Source of the DNA: an uncultured bacterium
Lineage (GTDB): Bacteria > JAGRBM01 > JAHCIT01
Assembly: GCA_964565925.1 (NCBI GenBank)
Contig: CAZMGV010000006.1
Coordinates: forward strand, 128,997 to 192,996
Length of the DNA stretch: 64,000 nt
Reading direction: 5' to 3'
The notes beneath the pieces were generated by a model. It saw nothing but the letters and a program-made list of their open reading frames with translations. It did not search any database and was not told the origin of the DNA. This document shows, one piece after another, positions 9,193 to 18,030 of the stretch (position 1 is its first letter; the number at the start of each line of letters is the position of its first letter). Position numbers and translations under genes: made by a program.

Positions 9193-11991
9193 CTACTTCT
9201 TCGCGGCCTTCGCCTTCTTTTCCCCAAGCCTTTCGGCGATGGCGGCCTGCGCCGCGGCGAGCCGGGCGATCGGCACGCGGAAGGGCGAACAGCTGACGTA
9301 GTCGAGTCCCAGCCGGTGGCAGAACTTGACCGACTCGGGATCGCCGCCGTGCTCGCCGCAGATGCCGAGCTTGATGCCGGGACGCACGCTGCGGCCCAGC
9401 TCCGAGGCGATCTTCATCAGCTTGCCCACGCCCGGCTGGTCGATCGTGACGAACGGGTCGGCCTTGTAGAGATTGCTCTCCAGATAGGCCGGCAGGAACC
9501 GCCCCGCGTCGTCGCGCGAGAGCCCCATGGTCGTCTGGGTGAGATCATTGGTGCCGAACGAGAAAAACTCCGCCTCTTTCGCGATCTCGTCGGCGACAAT
9601 CGCCGCGCGCGGCAGCTCGATCATCGTGCCGACCAGGAACGGGATCCGTGTGCCCTTCTCGCGGTTCACCTCGTGGGCCACGTCGATCACGTTCTTCTTC
9701 AGCATGGCGAACTCGCCCGCGTCGGAGATAATCGGGAGCATGATCTCGGGCGTGACTTTGAGGCCTTCTTCCTTCAGCAGATCCACGGCGGCTTCGATCA
9801 CCGCGCGGGTCTGCATGTTGAAGATCTCCGGGTACACCACCGCGAGGCGCGAGCCGCGGAAGCCCAGCATCGGGTTGAACTCGTGCAGGCTCTCCACCTT
9901 CGCCTTGATGCGGGAGAACGGCTCGCCCAGCTCCTTGGCGAGCAGTTCCATCTCGGCGTCCGTGTGGGGCAGGAATTCATGGAGCGGCGGGTCCAGGAAA
10001 CGGATCGTCACGGGATACGGCGCCATGGCGCGGAAAATCCCCTTGAAGTCGCCCTTCTGCATGGGGAGCAGCTTGGCCAGCGCGTTCTCGCGCGCCTGCC
10101 GGTCGTCGGCGAGGATCATCTCGCGCATGGCGAGAATCCGGTCCGCCTGGAAGAACATATGTTCCGTGCGGCACAGGCCGATCCCCTCCGCGCCGAAGCG
10201 GCGCGCCTGGTCGGAATCGGCCGGGGTGTCGGCGTTGGTGCGGACCTTGAGGCGCCGCTCCTTGTCGACAAATTTCATGAACGCATGGAAGTCGGCCGAG
10301 AGTTCGGGCTCCATCGTCTCGAGCTTGCCGAGGATCACCTCGCCCGTGGAGCCGTTGAGCGACAGCCAGTCGCCTTCCTTCACCACGACTTCCTTGCCGT
10401 TTGCACGCGCGATGAACTGCATCTTTGCATAGTCGATTTCGATGGCCGAGCAGCCGGCCACGCAGCACTTGCCCATGCCGCGCGCCACCACCGCCGCGTG
10501 CGAGGTGCGGCCGCCGCGGGCGGTCAGGATTCCTTCCGACACCGTCATGCCGCCGATGTCCTCCGGCGACGTCTCGATGCGGACCAGGATGACCGGTTCG
10601 CCCAGATCCTTCTGGTGCTGGGCGTCGGCGGCCGAGAACACCACCTTGCCGACGGCGGCGCCGGGGGAGGCATTGAGCCCCTTGGCGATCACCTTCTTTT
10701 CCGCCTTCGGGTCGAACCGCCGGTGGAGCAGGTGGTCCAGCTGTTCCGGGTGCACGCGGAGCACCGCCTCGGCCGGCGTGATCAGTTTTTCGCGCGCCAT
10801 GTCCACGGCGATCTTGATCGCCGCCTGCGCCGTGCGCTTACCGTTGCGGGTCTGGAGCATGTAGAGACGGCCGTGTTCGATGGTGAACTCGATGTCCTGC
10901 ATGTCGCGGTAGTGCTTTTCGAGCTTCTGGTAGATCCTGACCAGTTCCTTGTACGCCTTCGGCATCACCTCTTCGAGGGACACCTGGTCGGCGCTCTCCT
11001 TGCCGGCGATGTTAATGGGCTCCGGCGTGCGGATACCCGCCACCACGTCCTCGCCCTGCGCGTTCACGAGGTATTCGCCGAAGAACCGGCGGTCGCCGTT
11101 CGACGGGTCGCGTGTGAACGCGACGCCCGTGGCGCAGTCGTCCCCCAGGTTGCCGAACACCATCGACTGCACGTTCACGGCGGTGCCGCCGGCGGCCGAA
11201 ATGTTGTTGAGCTTGCGGTAGATCTTCGCGCGGTCGTTCTCCCACGAGTTGAACACGGCGCTGATCGCGCCCCAGAGCTGCTCCTCGGGGTCGGTGGGGA
11301 AATGGTTGCCCGTGCGGTCCACGACCAGCCGCTTGAACCGCTCCACCAGCTCCTGCAGGTCGGAGATGTCCAGCTCCACGTCGAGCTTCACCTTGCGCTT
11401 GTGCTTGATGTCCTCGATGATCAGCTCGAACGGGTCGGCTTCCTTGTCGGACTGGGGCTTCATGCCCATCACCACGTCGCCGTACATCTGCACGAAACGC
11501 CGGTAGCTGTCCCACGCAAAGCGCGGGTTGCCCGAGTCGCTCGCGAGCCCCTCGACCGTCCTGTCCGAGAGCCCCAGGTTCAGGACGGTATCCATCATGC
11601 CCGGCATGGAGTCGCGCGCGCCCGAGCGTACGGAAAACAGCAGCGGTCTGGACGTCGAGCCGAAGCCGCGGCCCATGATCGCTTCCACACGCGCCACGGC
11701 GGAGGCCACCTGCCTGTTCAGTTCCTTGGGGTAGCGGCGTCCGTTGGCGTAGTACCAGCTGCAGACGGCGGTCGTGATCGTGAACCCCGGCGGCACCGGC
11801 AGGCCGAGGTTCATCATCTCGGCAAGCCCCGCGCCCTTGCCGCCCAGCAGTTCCTTCATGTCGCCACGGCCGTCGGCCTTGCCGTTGCCGAAGAAGTAGA
11901 CGAGCTGCGACGTTTTGGACGCGCCCTTGGCGGCGGCAGGTTTGGCGGCGGCTTTCTTCTGGGAGGCGGGTTTTTTCATGCCAGTCTTCAT
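9193..11991 (-). CDS. ppdK: Pyruvate, phosphate dikinase
   Basis: 932-aa protein with full-length PPDK similarity (LLGGKGAGLAEM ... GGRTSHAAVVARGMGKCCVAGC ... CGEHGGDP). Lys/Ala-rich N-terminal extension. Confidence 0.95.
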   Translation of the reverse strand: MKTGMKKPASQKKAAAKPAAAKGASKTSQLVYFFGNGKADGRGDMKELLGGKGAGLAEMMNLGLPVPPGFTITTAVCSWYYANGRRYPKELNRQVASAVARVEAIMGRGFGSTSRPLLFSVRSGARDSMPGMMDTVLNLGLSDRTVEGLASDSGNPRFAWDSYRRFVQMYGDVVMGMKPQSDKEADPFELIIEDIKHKRKVKLDVELDISDLQELVERFKRLVVDRTGNHFPTDPEEQLWGAISAVFNSWENDRAKIYRKLNNISAAGGTAVNVQSMVFGNLGDDCATGVAFTRDPSNGDRRFFGEYLVNAQGEDVVAGIRTPEPINIAGKESADQVSLEEVMPKAYKELVRIYQKLEKHYRDMQDIEFTIEHGRLYMLQTRNGKRTAQAAIKIAVDMAREKLITPAEAVLRVHPEQLDHLLHRRFDPKAEKKVIAKGLNASPGAAVGKVVFSAADAQHQKDLGEPVILVRIETSPEDIGGMTVSEGILTARGGRTSHAAVVARGMGKCCVAGCSAIEIDYAKMQFIARANGKEVVVKEGDWLSLNGSTGEVILGKLETMEPELSADFHAFMKFVDKERRLKVRTNADTPADSDQARRFGAEGIGLCRTEHMFFQADRILAMREMILADDRQARENALAKLLPMQKGDFKGIFRAMAPYPVTIRFLDPPLHEFLPHTDAEMELLAKELGEPFSRIKAKVESLHEFNPMLGFRGSRLAVVYPEIFNMQTRAVIEAAVDLLKEEGLKVTPEIMLPIISDAGEFAMLKKNVIDVAHEVNREKGTRIPFLVGTMIELPRAAIVADEIAKEAEFFSFGTNDLTQTTMGLSRDDAGRFLPAYLESNLYKADPFVTIDQPGVGKLMKIASELGRSVRPGIKLGICGEHGGDPESVKFCHRLGLDYVSCSPFRVPIARLAAAQAAIAERLGEKKAKAAKK
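9197..9247. repeat. 51-bp direct repeat, copy B (native 3' end of ppdK)
   Basis: Identical to 8362-8412. Lies inside the ppdK coding sequence. Confidence 0.85.
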
Positions 11992-13340
11992 GACAGTTTT
12001 CCGTCCAGGTAGTTGACGATCTGATCGGCGGAGACGCGCTCCTGCTTCATCGAGTCGCGGTCGCGCACGGTGACCGTGTTGTCCTTCACCGAGTCGGCGT
12101 CGACCGTGATGCCGAACGGCGTCCCGATCTCGTCCTGGCGGCGGTAGCGCTTGCCGATCGATCCCGACAGGTCGTAGTCCACGTTCCAGCGCTTCTTGAG
12201 CGCCTTGTACATTTTGTCGCCCAGCTCCGGCATGCCGTCCTTCTTGGTGAGCGGAAAGATCGCCGCCTTCACCGGGGCGATCTTGGGGTGGAACCGCATC
12301 ACGATGCGGGTCTCCAGGGCGCCCTTCTCGTCGGGGGCGGAATCTTCATCGTAGGCGTCGATCAGGAACGCCAGCGTGCCGCGGTCGGCGCCCGCCGACG
12401 GCTCGATGACGTACGGAATGAACCGCTCCCGCGTCTGCGGGTCGGTGTATTCGAGCGACTTGCTCGAGAACTGCTGGTGCTGCTTGAGGTCGAAGTCCGT
12501 CCGGTTGGCGATCCCTTCCAGCTCGGACCAGCCGAACGGGAACAGATACTCAACGTCCGCGCAGCCGCGCGCGTAGTGCGCCAGCTCGTCCGCCTCGTGG
12601 GCGCGCAGCCGCAGGTTTTCCTTCTTGATGCCCAGGTTCACGTACCAGTTGAACCGCGCGTCCTTCCAGTAGTTGTACCACTCCTCGTCCGTGCCCGGCT
12701 TGCAGAAGAACTCGATCTCCATCTGCTCGAACTCGCGCACGCGGAAGGTGAACTGCTTGGGCGTGATCTCGTTCCGGAACGACTTGCCCACCTGCGCGAT
12801 CCCGAACGGGATCTTCTGGCGGGACGTCTCCAGCACGTTCTTGAAGTTGACGAAAATCCCCTGCGCGGTCTCCGGACGCAGGTAAACCTGCGCGGCGGAG
12901 TCCTCCATCGGGCCCACGAACGTCTTGAACATCAGGTTGAACTTGCGCGCCTCGGTGAGTTCGCACGTCTCGTGCTGGCCCACCATCTTGGACGGCTTCT
13001 GCGGGCAGGGCGTGTCCGCCAGGTGATCCGCCCGGAAGCGCCCCTTGCACGCCTTGCAGTCCACCATCGGGTCGGTGAACCCGGACACGTGCCCCGACGC
13101 CTCCCACACGCGCGGGTGCATCAGGATCGTGCAGTCCACCCCGGCCATGTCGTCCCGCTCGGTGACGTTGGAGCGCCACCACTCGCGCTTCACGTTGTTC
13201 TTCAGCTCCACGCCCACCGGGCCGTAGTCCCAGCAGCCGTTCAGGCCGCCGTAGATCTCCGAGGACTGAAACACGAAGCCCCGCCGTTTGGCCAGCGAGA
13301 CGATCTTTTCCATGGTTGCTTTTGAGGACACCTTCACCAC
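11988..13340 (-). CDS. glyQS: Glycine--tRNA ligase (homodimeric class II type)
   Basis: 450-aa protein, MVKVSSKATMEKIVSLAKRRGFVFQSSEIYGG... with class II aaRS motifs. Its stop overlaps the ppdK start by 4 nt. Confidence 0.95.
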   Translation of the reverse strand: MVKVSSKATMEKIVSLAKRRGFVFQSSEIYGGLNGCWDYGPVGVELKNNVKREWWRSNVTERDDMAGVDCTILMHPRVWEASGHVSGFTDPMVDCKACKGRFRADHLADTPCPQKPSKMVGQHETCELTEARKFNLMFKTFVGPMEDSAAQVYLRPETAQGIFVNFKNVLETSRQKIPFGIAQVGKSFRNEITPKQFTFRVREFEQMEIEFFCKPGTDEEWYNYWKDARFNWYVNLGIKKENLRLRAHEADELAHYARGCADVEYLFPFGWSELEGIANRTDFDLKQHQQFSSKSLEYTDPQTRERFIPYVIEPSAGADRGTLAFLIDAYDEDSAPDEKGALETRIVMRFHPKIAPVKAAIFPLTKKDGMPELGDKMYKALKKRWNVDYDLSGSIGKRYRRQDEIGTPFGITVDADSVKDNTVTVRDRDSMKQERVSADQIVNYLDGKLS

Positions 13341-13532
13341 CGTTACCTTGAAGCAGATTGCGCCCCCGTTCGCCCCCTGAAAGGGCCGGTCCGCGCGCCG
13401 CTAAAAAGCGGCCCTGTATCTGCCCCGAAGGGGCAGCAGAATCAAGGGGTTGGGCGAATCGGGGCCTGGGGCCCGGGAGGGGGTGGGAGAATACCCCCTT
13501 CCTGGACTGTGGTTTCCGAAATTCGCTAAGCT

Positions 13533-16500
13533 TTGCAGCAACTTAAGCAGATGAAACTTTATCCGGGATTATATGATCAATTGCTGACAAAGCAGTTGGA
13601 AGCGGAGGCGCTCGAACAGGGTTTCGATCTGCGCCTACGAGAGCTAGACAGTTCTTCTGCTCATGTCGTAATCGGCCAATATCTTGAAAGATTGCTCGCC
13701 CGTGCACTTTCAGTAATCCCCGAAGCGGATAGACCGGCGGCGCAGGTCACGTTAGCGAACGAAATTATTCGTTGGCTGTTGTCGAAGAAGCAGGATGGAC
13801 TTGTCGACGGAGACATTATCTCCGAAAAATCGACGCTCTTGGCGTCGGTCTCGGACGACAAGCCACCTTTGAGTGCTGAAGATTGTCCCCTGATTCCACT
13901 TAATACGTCGGAGCTGTTCGTCAACGGACGCAATGAACCTCGACTGGGAGAAGAGCTTCGTCGAGAGATTTTATCTGCAGACCGAATCGATTTACTGTGC
14001 GCGTTCGTCAAATGGTACGGATTGCGCGTTATTGAGGAACCACTCGCTGAATTTTTGCGAAGCGGCCGTGAACTCCGCCTGATCACAACGACCTATATGG
14101 GTGCCACAGAGCAAAAGCCGCTGGATTGGCTTTTTCAGCGAGACGCCAAAATAAAGGTATCATATGAGACGGAATCAACTCGTCTGCATGCCAAGGCGTG
14201 GCTGTTTCACAGAAATAGTGGCTCATCCACCGCGTATATTGGCAGTTCGAACTTATCGTATGCGGCTTTACTCGATGGCGTCGAATGGAACGTTCGGCTT
14301 TCGCAGCAAACATTGGGACCCGTCCTGAATAAGTTTCAGGCGACCTTCGACACTTACTGGAACGATACGCGGTACGAACTCTATGACGCTAAAAGATTCG
14401 CGCAGGCGACTGCGCGCGATCTTCAAGATAAGACGACTGAAATTAGCTTTCGATTGCTCGACGTCGATCCACGGCCCCATCAAAGGGAAATTCTCGATGC
14501 ACTCGAAGTTGAACGGTATCGTCACGGTCGTTGGAAGAATCTAGTTGTTGCTGCCACAGGTACCGGCAAGACGGTAATTGCAGCTCTGGACTACCGGCGT
14601 CTTCGTGAACAATTACCGCGTGCCAATTTGCTGTTTGTTGCTCATCGAAAAGAGATTCTTACTCAAAGCCTCAGAATGTTCCGAGACGTATTGCGTGACG
14701 GCTCGTTTGGAGAGCTTTACGTTGACGGAAAACGGCCTGAACAGTGGTCCAATGTATTTGCTTCAATTCAGTCGTTGACAGCCCAATCTATCGACCGCAT
14801 TGATCCACATCACTTTGATGTTCTTATCGTTGACGAGTTCCATCACGCGGCAGCGAAATCATACGAAACGTTACTAAATAGGCTTAGGCCCAAAGTCCTT
14901 TTGGGCCTTACGGCGACGCCAGAACGGGGCGATGGTGAAAGCATCCTTCATTGGTTCGACGATCGTATTGCCGCTGAATTAAGAATCTGGGACGCGCTGG
15001 AACAAGATCTTCTCATCCCATTTCAATACTTTGGGATTCACGATGATGTGGACTTAGAAAAATTGTCATGGAAACGAGGCGGTTACGATCTCTCAGAACT
15101 GAGCAATCTGTATACGAATAACGACAGTCGGGTCGCCAAAATTCTACAGCAAATGGCTCGCATCGTACCGAATGTCGCAAAAATGAAAGCGCTCGGATTT
15201 TGTGTGAGCATTGATCACGCGAAGTTCATGGCGAAGAAGTTTTCAGAAGCCGGCGTTCCCTCAGTGGCGATCGTTTCGGAAGGCTCTTCGGCAAATAGAG
15301 ATGAGGCAATTGCTGATCTCAAGCGCAGAGATGGAAAGATTCGGACGATCTTTTGCGTCGATATTTTCAACGAAGGTGTAGATATACCAGCGGTTGATAC
15401 CGTCTTGATGTTGCGTCCAACCGAAAGTCCAACGGTGTTTCTGCAGCAACTCGGACGAGGGTTACGTCGGCATCCTGAAAAGGCGTGCTTAACGGTTTTG
15501 GATTTCATTGGAAACCAAAATCGAAAGTTTCGGTTTGATCAAAGATTCTCAGCGTTGATTGGGTGTAAGCGTAGAGACGTTGCCGAACATGTTGAGCAGG
15601 GTTTCCCGTTTTTGCCTGCTGGTTGCCATATCGATCTTGACCGAGATGTTTCTCGAATTGTCCTCGAAAATCTTAAGCAGACTATAGAAACCAAGAACAG
15701 GTTGGTACAAGAACTTAAAGATATTGGTGATGTCTCATTGCTCGAATTTATCCGGAAAAGTGGGGTCGATGTTGAGGACATCTATCGGAGCAATCGAAAT
15801 TATAGGATTCTTCGACAGTTGGCTGGCTTCCCAACGGAGCCTGATGGTGAATTCGAAGATGAACTGGGCCGTTCGATTGGCCGCCTTCTACATAACGACG
15901 ATGTAGTTCGAGTGGGGCTCTATCGGAAAATACTGTCCGAAAAATCACCACCCAAGGTAAATACGTTCTCAAAAACGGAGCGCCGGTCACTTCATATGCT
16001 TCACTTCATGCTTTGGGGCGTGAAGCGAAAATGGCCGTCTATTGATGAAGCATTCGTGACTCTGTGGAAGCACAAAAACGTATTGAAGGAACTGAGTGAA
16101 CTGTTCGAATTGCTAGACGAGAAGGCTGAGATTCTGACAAAGCCACTTCCGGAGTTGAGCGAAAGTCCGATCCAACTTTATGGACGATATGACCGCGCGG
16201 AAATTCGTGCCGCTTTTGATAGGCTCGACGTCGAAAAGCCGTATGCCCATCAAGAAGGTTGTGAATGGATTGAATCGTTTAACGCAGATATCTTTTTTGT
16301 GACCCTTAGAAAGAATGAAAAAGGCTTTACGGCGACGACTCTTTATAACGACTTCGCGGTTAGTCCGGAAGAATTTCATTGGGAGTCGCAATCACGCACG
16401 GCGGAGAAGAGCCCAACAGGGCAACGATATATCCACCACGCGAAACGCGGTAGTCGGATATTGTTATTCGTCAGGGAAACAAAGACGGACCCTTTCGTTG

Positions 16501-16619
16501 CGCTTGGCCCTGCGGAATACGTGAGTCACGAATCCGAACGGCCCATGAAGATTATCTGGAAGATGAAGTACCCGATTCCTGAATTCCTCTTGAAGTCGGC
16601 GACCGTCGTCGCGGCGTAA
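13533..16619 (+). CDS. PLD/HKD-like nuclease - SF2 (ResIII/DEAH) helicase - DUF3427-like fusion protein (candidate restriction/defence protein)
   Basis: 1028 aa. HKD-like motif RLHAKAWLFH...GSSN (about aa 219-240). Walker A AATGTGKT (about aa 340-347). DEFH box (about aa 434-437). Helicase motif VI QQLGRGLRR. About 300-aa C-terminal region resembling DUF3427. The gene is visibly lower-GC than its flanks. Confidence 0.85.
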   Translation: MQQLKQMKLYPGLYDQLLTKQLEAEALEQGFDLRLRELDSSSAHVVIGQYLERLLARALSVIPEADRPAAQVTLANEIIRWLLSKKQDGLVDGDIISEKSTLLASVSDDKPPLSAEDCPLIPLNTSELFVNGRNEPRLGEELRREILSADRIDLLCAFVKWYGLRVIEEPLAEFLRSGRELRLITTTYMGATEQKPLDWLFQRDAKIKVSYETESTRLHAKAWLFHRNSGSSTAYIGSSNLSYAALLDGVEWNVRLSQQTLGPVLNKFQATFDTYWNDTRYELYDAKRFAQATARDLQDKTTEISFRLLDVDPRPHQREILDALEVERYRHGRWKNLVVAATGTGKTVIAALDYRRLREQLPRANLLFVAHRKEILTQSLRMFRDVLRDGSFGELYVDGKRPEQWSNVFASIQSLTAQSIDRIDPHHFDVLIVDEFHHAAAKSYETLLNRLRPKVLLGLTATPERGDGESILHWFDDRIAAELRIWDALEQDLLIPFQYFGIHDDVDLEKLSWKRGGYDLSELSNLYTNNDSRVAKILQQMARIVPNVAKMKALGFCVSIDHAKFMAKKFSEAGVPSVAIVSEGSSANRDEAIADLKRRDGKIRTIFCVDIFNEGVDIPAVDTVLMLRPTESPTVFLQQLGRGLRRHPEKACLTVLDFIGNQNRKFRFDQRFSALIGCKRRDVAEHVEQGFPFLPAGCHIDLDRDVSRIVLENLKQTIETKNRLVQELKDIGDVSLLEFIRKSGVDVEDIYRSNRNYRILRQLAGFPTEPDGEFEDELGRSIGRLLHNDDVVRVGLYRKILSEKSPPKVNTFSKTERRSLHMLHFMLWGVKRKWPSIDEAFVTLWKHKNVLKELSELFELLDEKAEILTKPLPELSESPIQLYGRYDRAEIRAAFDRLDVEKPYAHQEGCEWIESFNADIFFVTLRKNEKGFTATTLYNDFAVSPEEFHWESQSRTAEKSPTGQRYIHHAKRGSRILLFVRETKTDPFVALGPAEYVSHESERPMKIIWKMKYPIPEFLLKSATVVAA

Positions 16620-16735
16620 GTCCGTCCTGGCCAGGCGGACTCATCTGGTCAACCACTCTCGTTAAAATTCGATTCCATTTTTACTGGACGCCCCCGGACC
16701 GCCTGGGCAGGGTCGGACTGGTAGGAGCAATAGCT

Positions 16736-16999
16736 ATGAACGCCGTCCGAATAACGCTGCAGCCGTCCGACTGGCAGATGTTGCTCGATCACCTCGATTC
16801 CTTGCGCGACGGCTACGAGCGCACAGTTATGTATTACCAAAGCGTCGGCACCGTCGAAGAGATCGGCATGGTCAGCGGCGACGTGAATAACGAAGAGGAA
16901 GCGTTAGTCGCCTTCAACTATTGCGGCTATTTGATTGAGTCGATCCGCCAGCAGATCGCCATACAAGACGGCCAAGAGTATGAGCTGAGAAGCGAATAA
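16736..16999 (+). CDS. Small hypothetical protein (87 aa) downstream of helicase-nuclease gene
   Basis: ORF with GGAGCAATAGCT-ATG RBS. Intermediate GC. No recognisable motif. Confidence 0.35.
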   Translation: MNAVRITLQPSDWQMLLDHLDSLRDGYERTVMYYQSVGTVEEIGMVSGDVNNEEEALVAFNYCGYLIESIRQQIAIQDGQEYELRSE

Positions 17000-17154
17000 C
17001 CCCCGTTCAAACCCTTCGATCCATTCGAGACGCGCATATGGTTCGACGGCGCTCACCACGAACGGCGCTCCTCAGGGCGAACGGGAGTGCCCCGAAGCGG
17101 CGGGTGAGTCCAGTACATAACATAAACGTCAACCTCCGCTTTTTAATAAAACCC

Positions 17155-17178
17155 CCCAAATGGCCCTAAATGACCCAA
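17155..17178. repeat. Left arm of ~22-bp inverted repeat (CCAAATGGCCCTAAATGACCCAAG)
   Basis: Reverse complement of 17420-17443 (CTTGGGTCATTTAGGGCCATTTGG-like). Confidence 0.7.
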
Positions 17179-17400
17179 GCCCGATTCCTGGGCAACATGG
17201 GCTAACCCCGCGCCGGCGCTCGGGAATCCGGCAGATTCCAAAACTTGTGTCACGTTAATCAAAAAATATTTTGGCGGCTGTTAAGGGGGTCGGCTCCGGC
17301 GGGGAAATCCGGAGATTCCGCTGCGTGATCCGCAAGTTGGACCGTCAGAATTAAGGCCTTAACTACCGTCGCTAGATTCTCAAAAAACCGTGCGCGCTTG

Positions 17401-17443
17401 GGTCATTTAGGCTCGTTTAGGGTCATTTAGGGCCATTTAGGTT
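17401..17443. repeat. Four tandem 10-bp repeats (GGYCRTTTAG, period 10 bp) forming the right arm of the inverted repeat
   Basis: GGTCATTTAG / GCTCGTTTAG / GGTCATTTAG / GGCCATTTAG at 17401-17440. The units are one helical turn apart. Confidence 0.7.
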
Positions 17444-17801
17444 CACCCCCTTACGTCGCCCCATTTCGCTCGCTAACAATAGTCACATGGGAAATCCGTA
17501 CTCCATACCCGCCGACCTCAGGGACGACCCGTCCGCTTACCGGGATGACTACCCGGTCTCTTCTACGGGCGGTGTTACGGCCGGTACGGTCGTCCCGTTC
17601 CCTTCGCCGCAGGGCAGCGCGAGGCAGAGCTATAACGGCGCGTTCGCGAGCGGCCGGCGGTGGGTGCGAGCGCGGGTCAATGTGGAACCCGAGTGGTCGA
17701 GCCCCCGTGTGGCTGGAAAAATCTGGAACTGCGCGACGGCCCGCACGATTGTCTCACCCGTCGAGCGCGACACGGTGAGCCGGGCGGTGGGGGGACTGTT
17801 C

Positions 17802-17859
17802 GGGGGGATTCGGCCCCCCTGCGATCCCTCCCGGGATCGCGTCCCCCCGAATAGGGGGG
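17802..17859. repeat. Three consecutive perfect GC-rich hairpins
   Basis: GGGGGG-ATTCGG-CCCCCC (17802-17819). GCGATCCC-TCCC-GGGATCGC (17821-17840). CCCCCC-GAATA-GGGGGG (17843-17859). Confidence 0.5.
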
Positions 17860-18030
17860 ACAAATCCGCGGGACTGACTACCCGTGGAACCGGTCAGCCG
17901 GGCGAGTGTTCTCCCCCTCGACGGGGGAGACCCTCCGGAGTTTTACCGCAGGAGGGTGGGGGTGCGGAGTTGGTTCCCGCTTTGCCCGCTCCCGCCCCGC
18001 ACGCTATGGGGGCTGGCGGAGGGTCTACCC

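Noticed and set aside
8830-12012. 1060-aa plus-strand ORF antisense to ppdK
   Set aside because: Antisense shadow ORF of a high-GC gene. ppdK on the minus strand has unambiguous full-length similarity.
16620-16735. Hairpin GTCCG-N11-CGGAC after the helicase-nuclease gene as a terminator
   Set aside because: Only a 5-bp stem and no T-run. It is too weak to call, and the downstream small ORF may be co-transcribed.
17015-17045. GTTCAAACCC and GGTTCGACGG strings resembling a tRNA T-arm, as a possible island att site
   Set aside because: No complementary T-stem, acceptor stem or CCA-proximal structure could be built, so it is not a tRNA or tRNA fragment.
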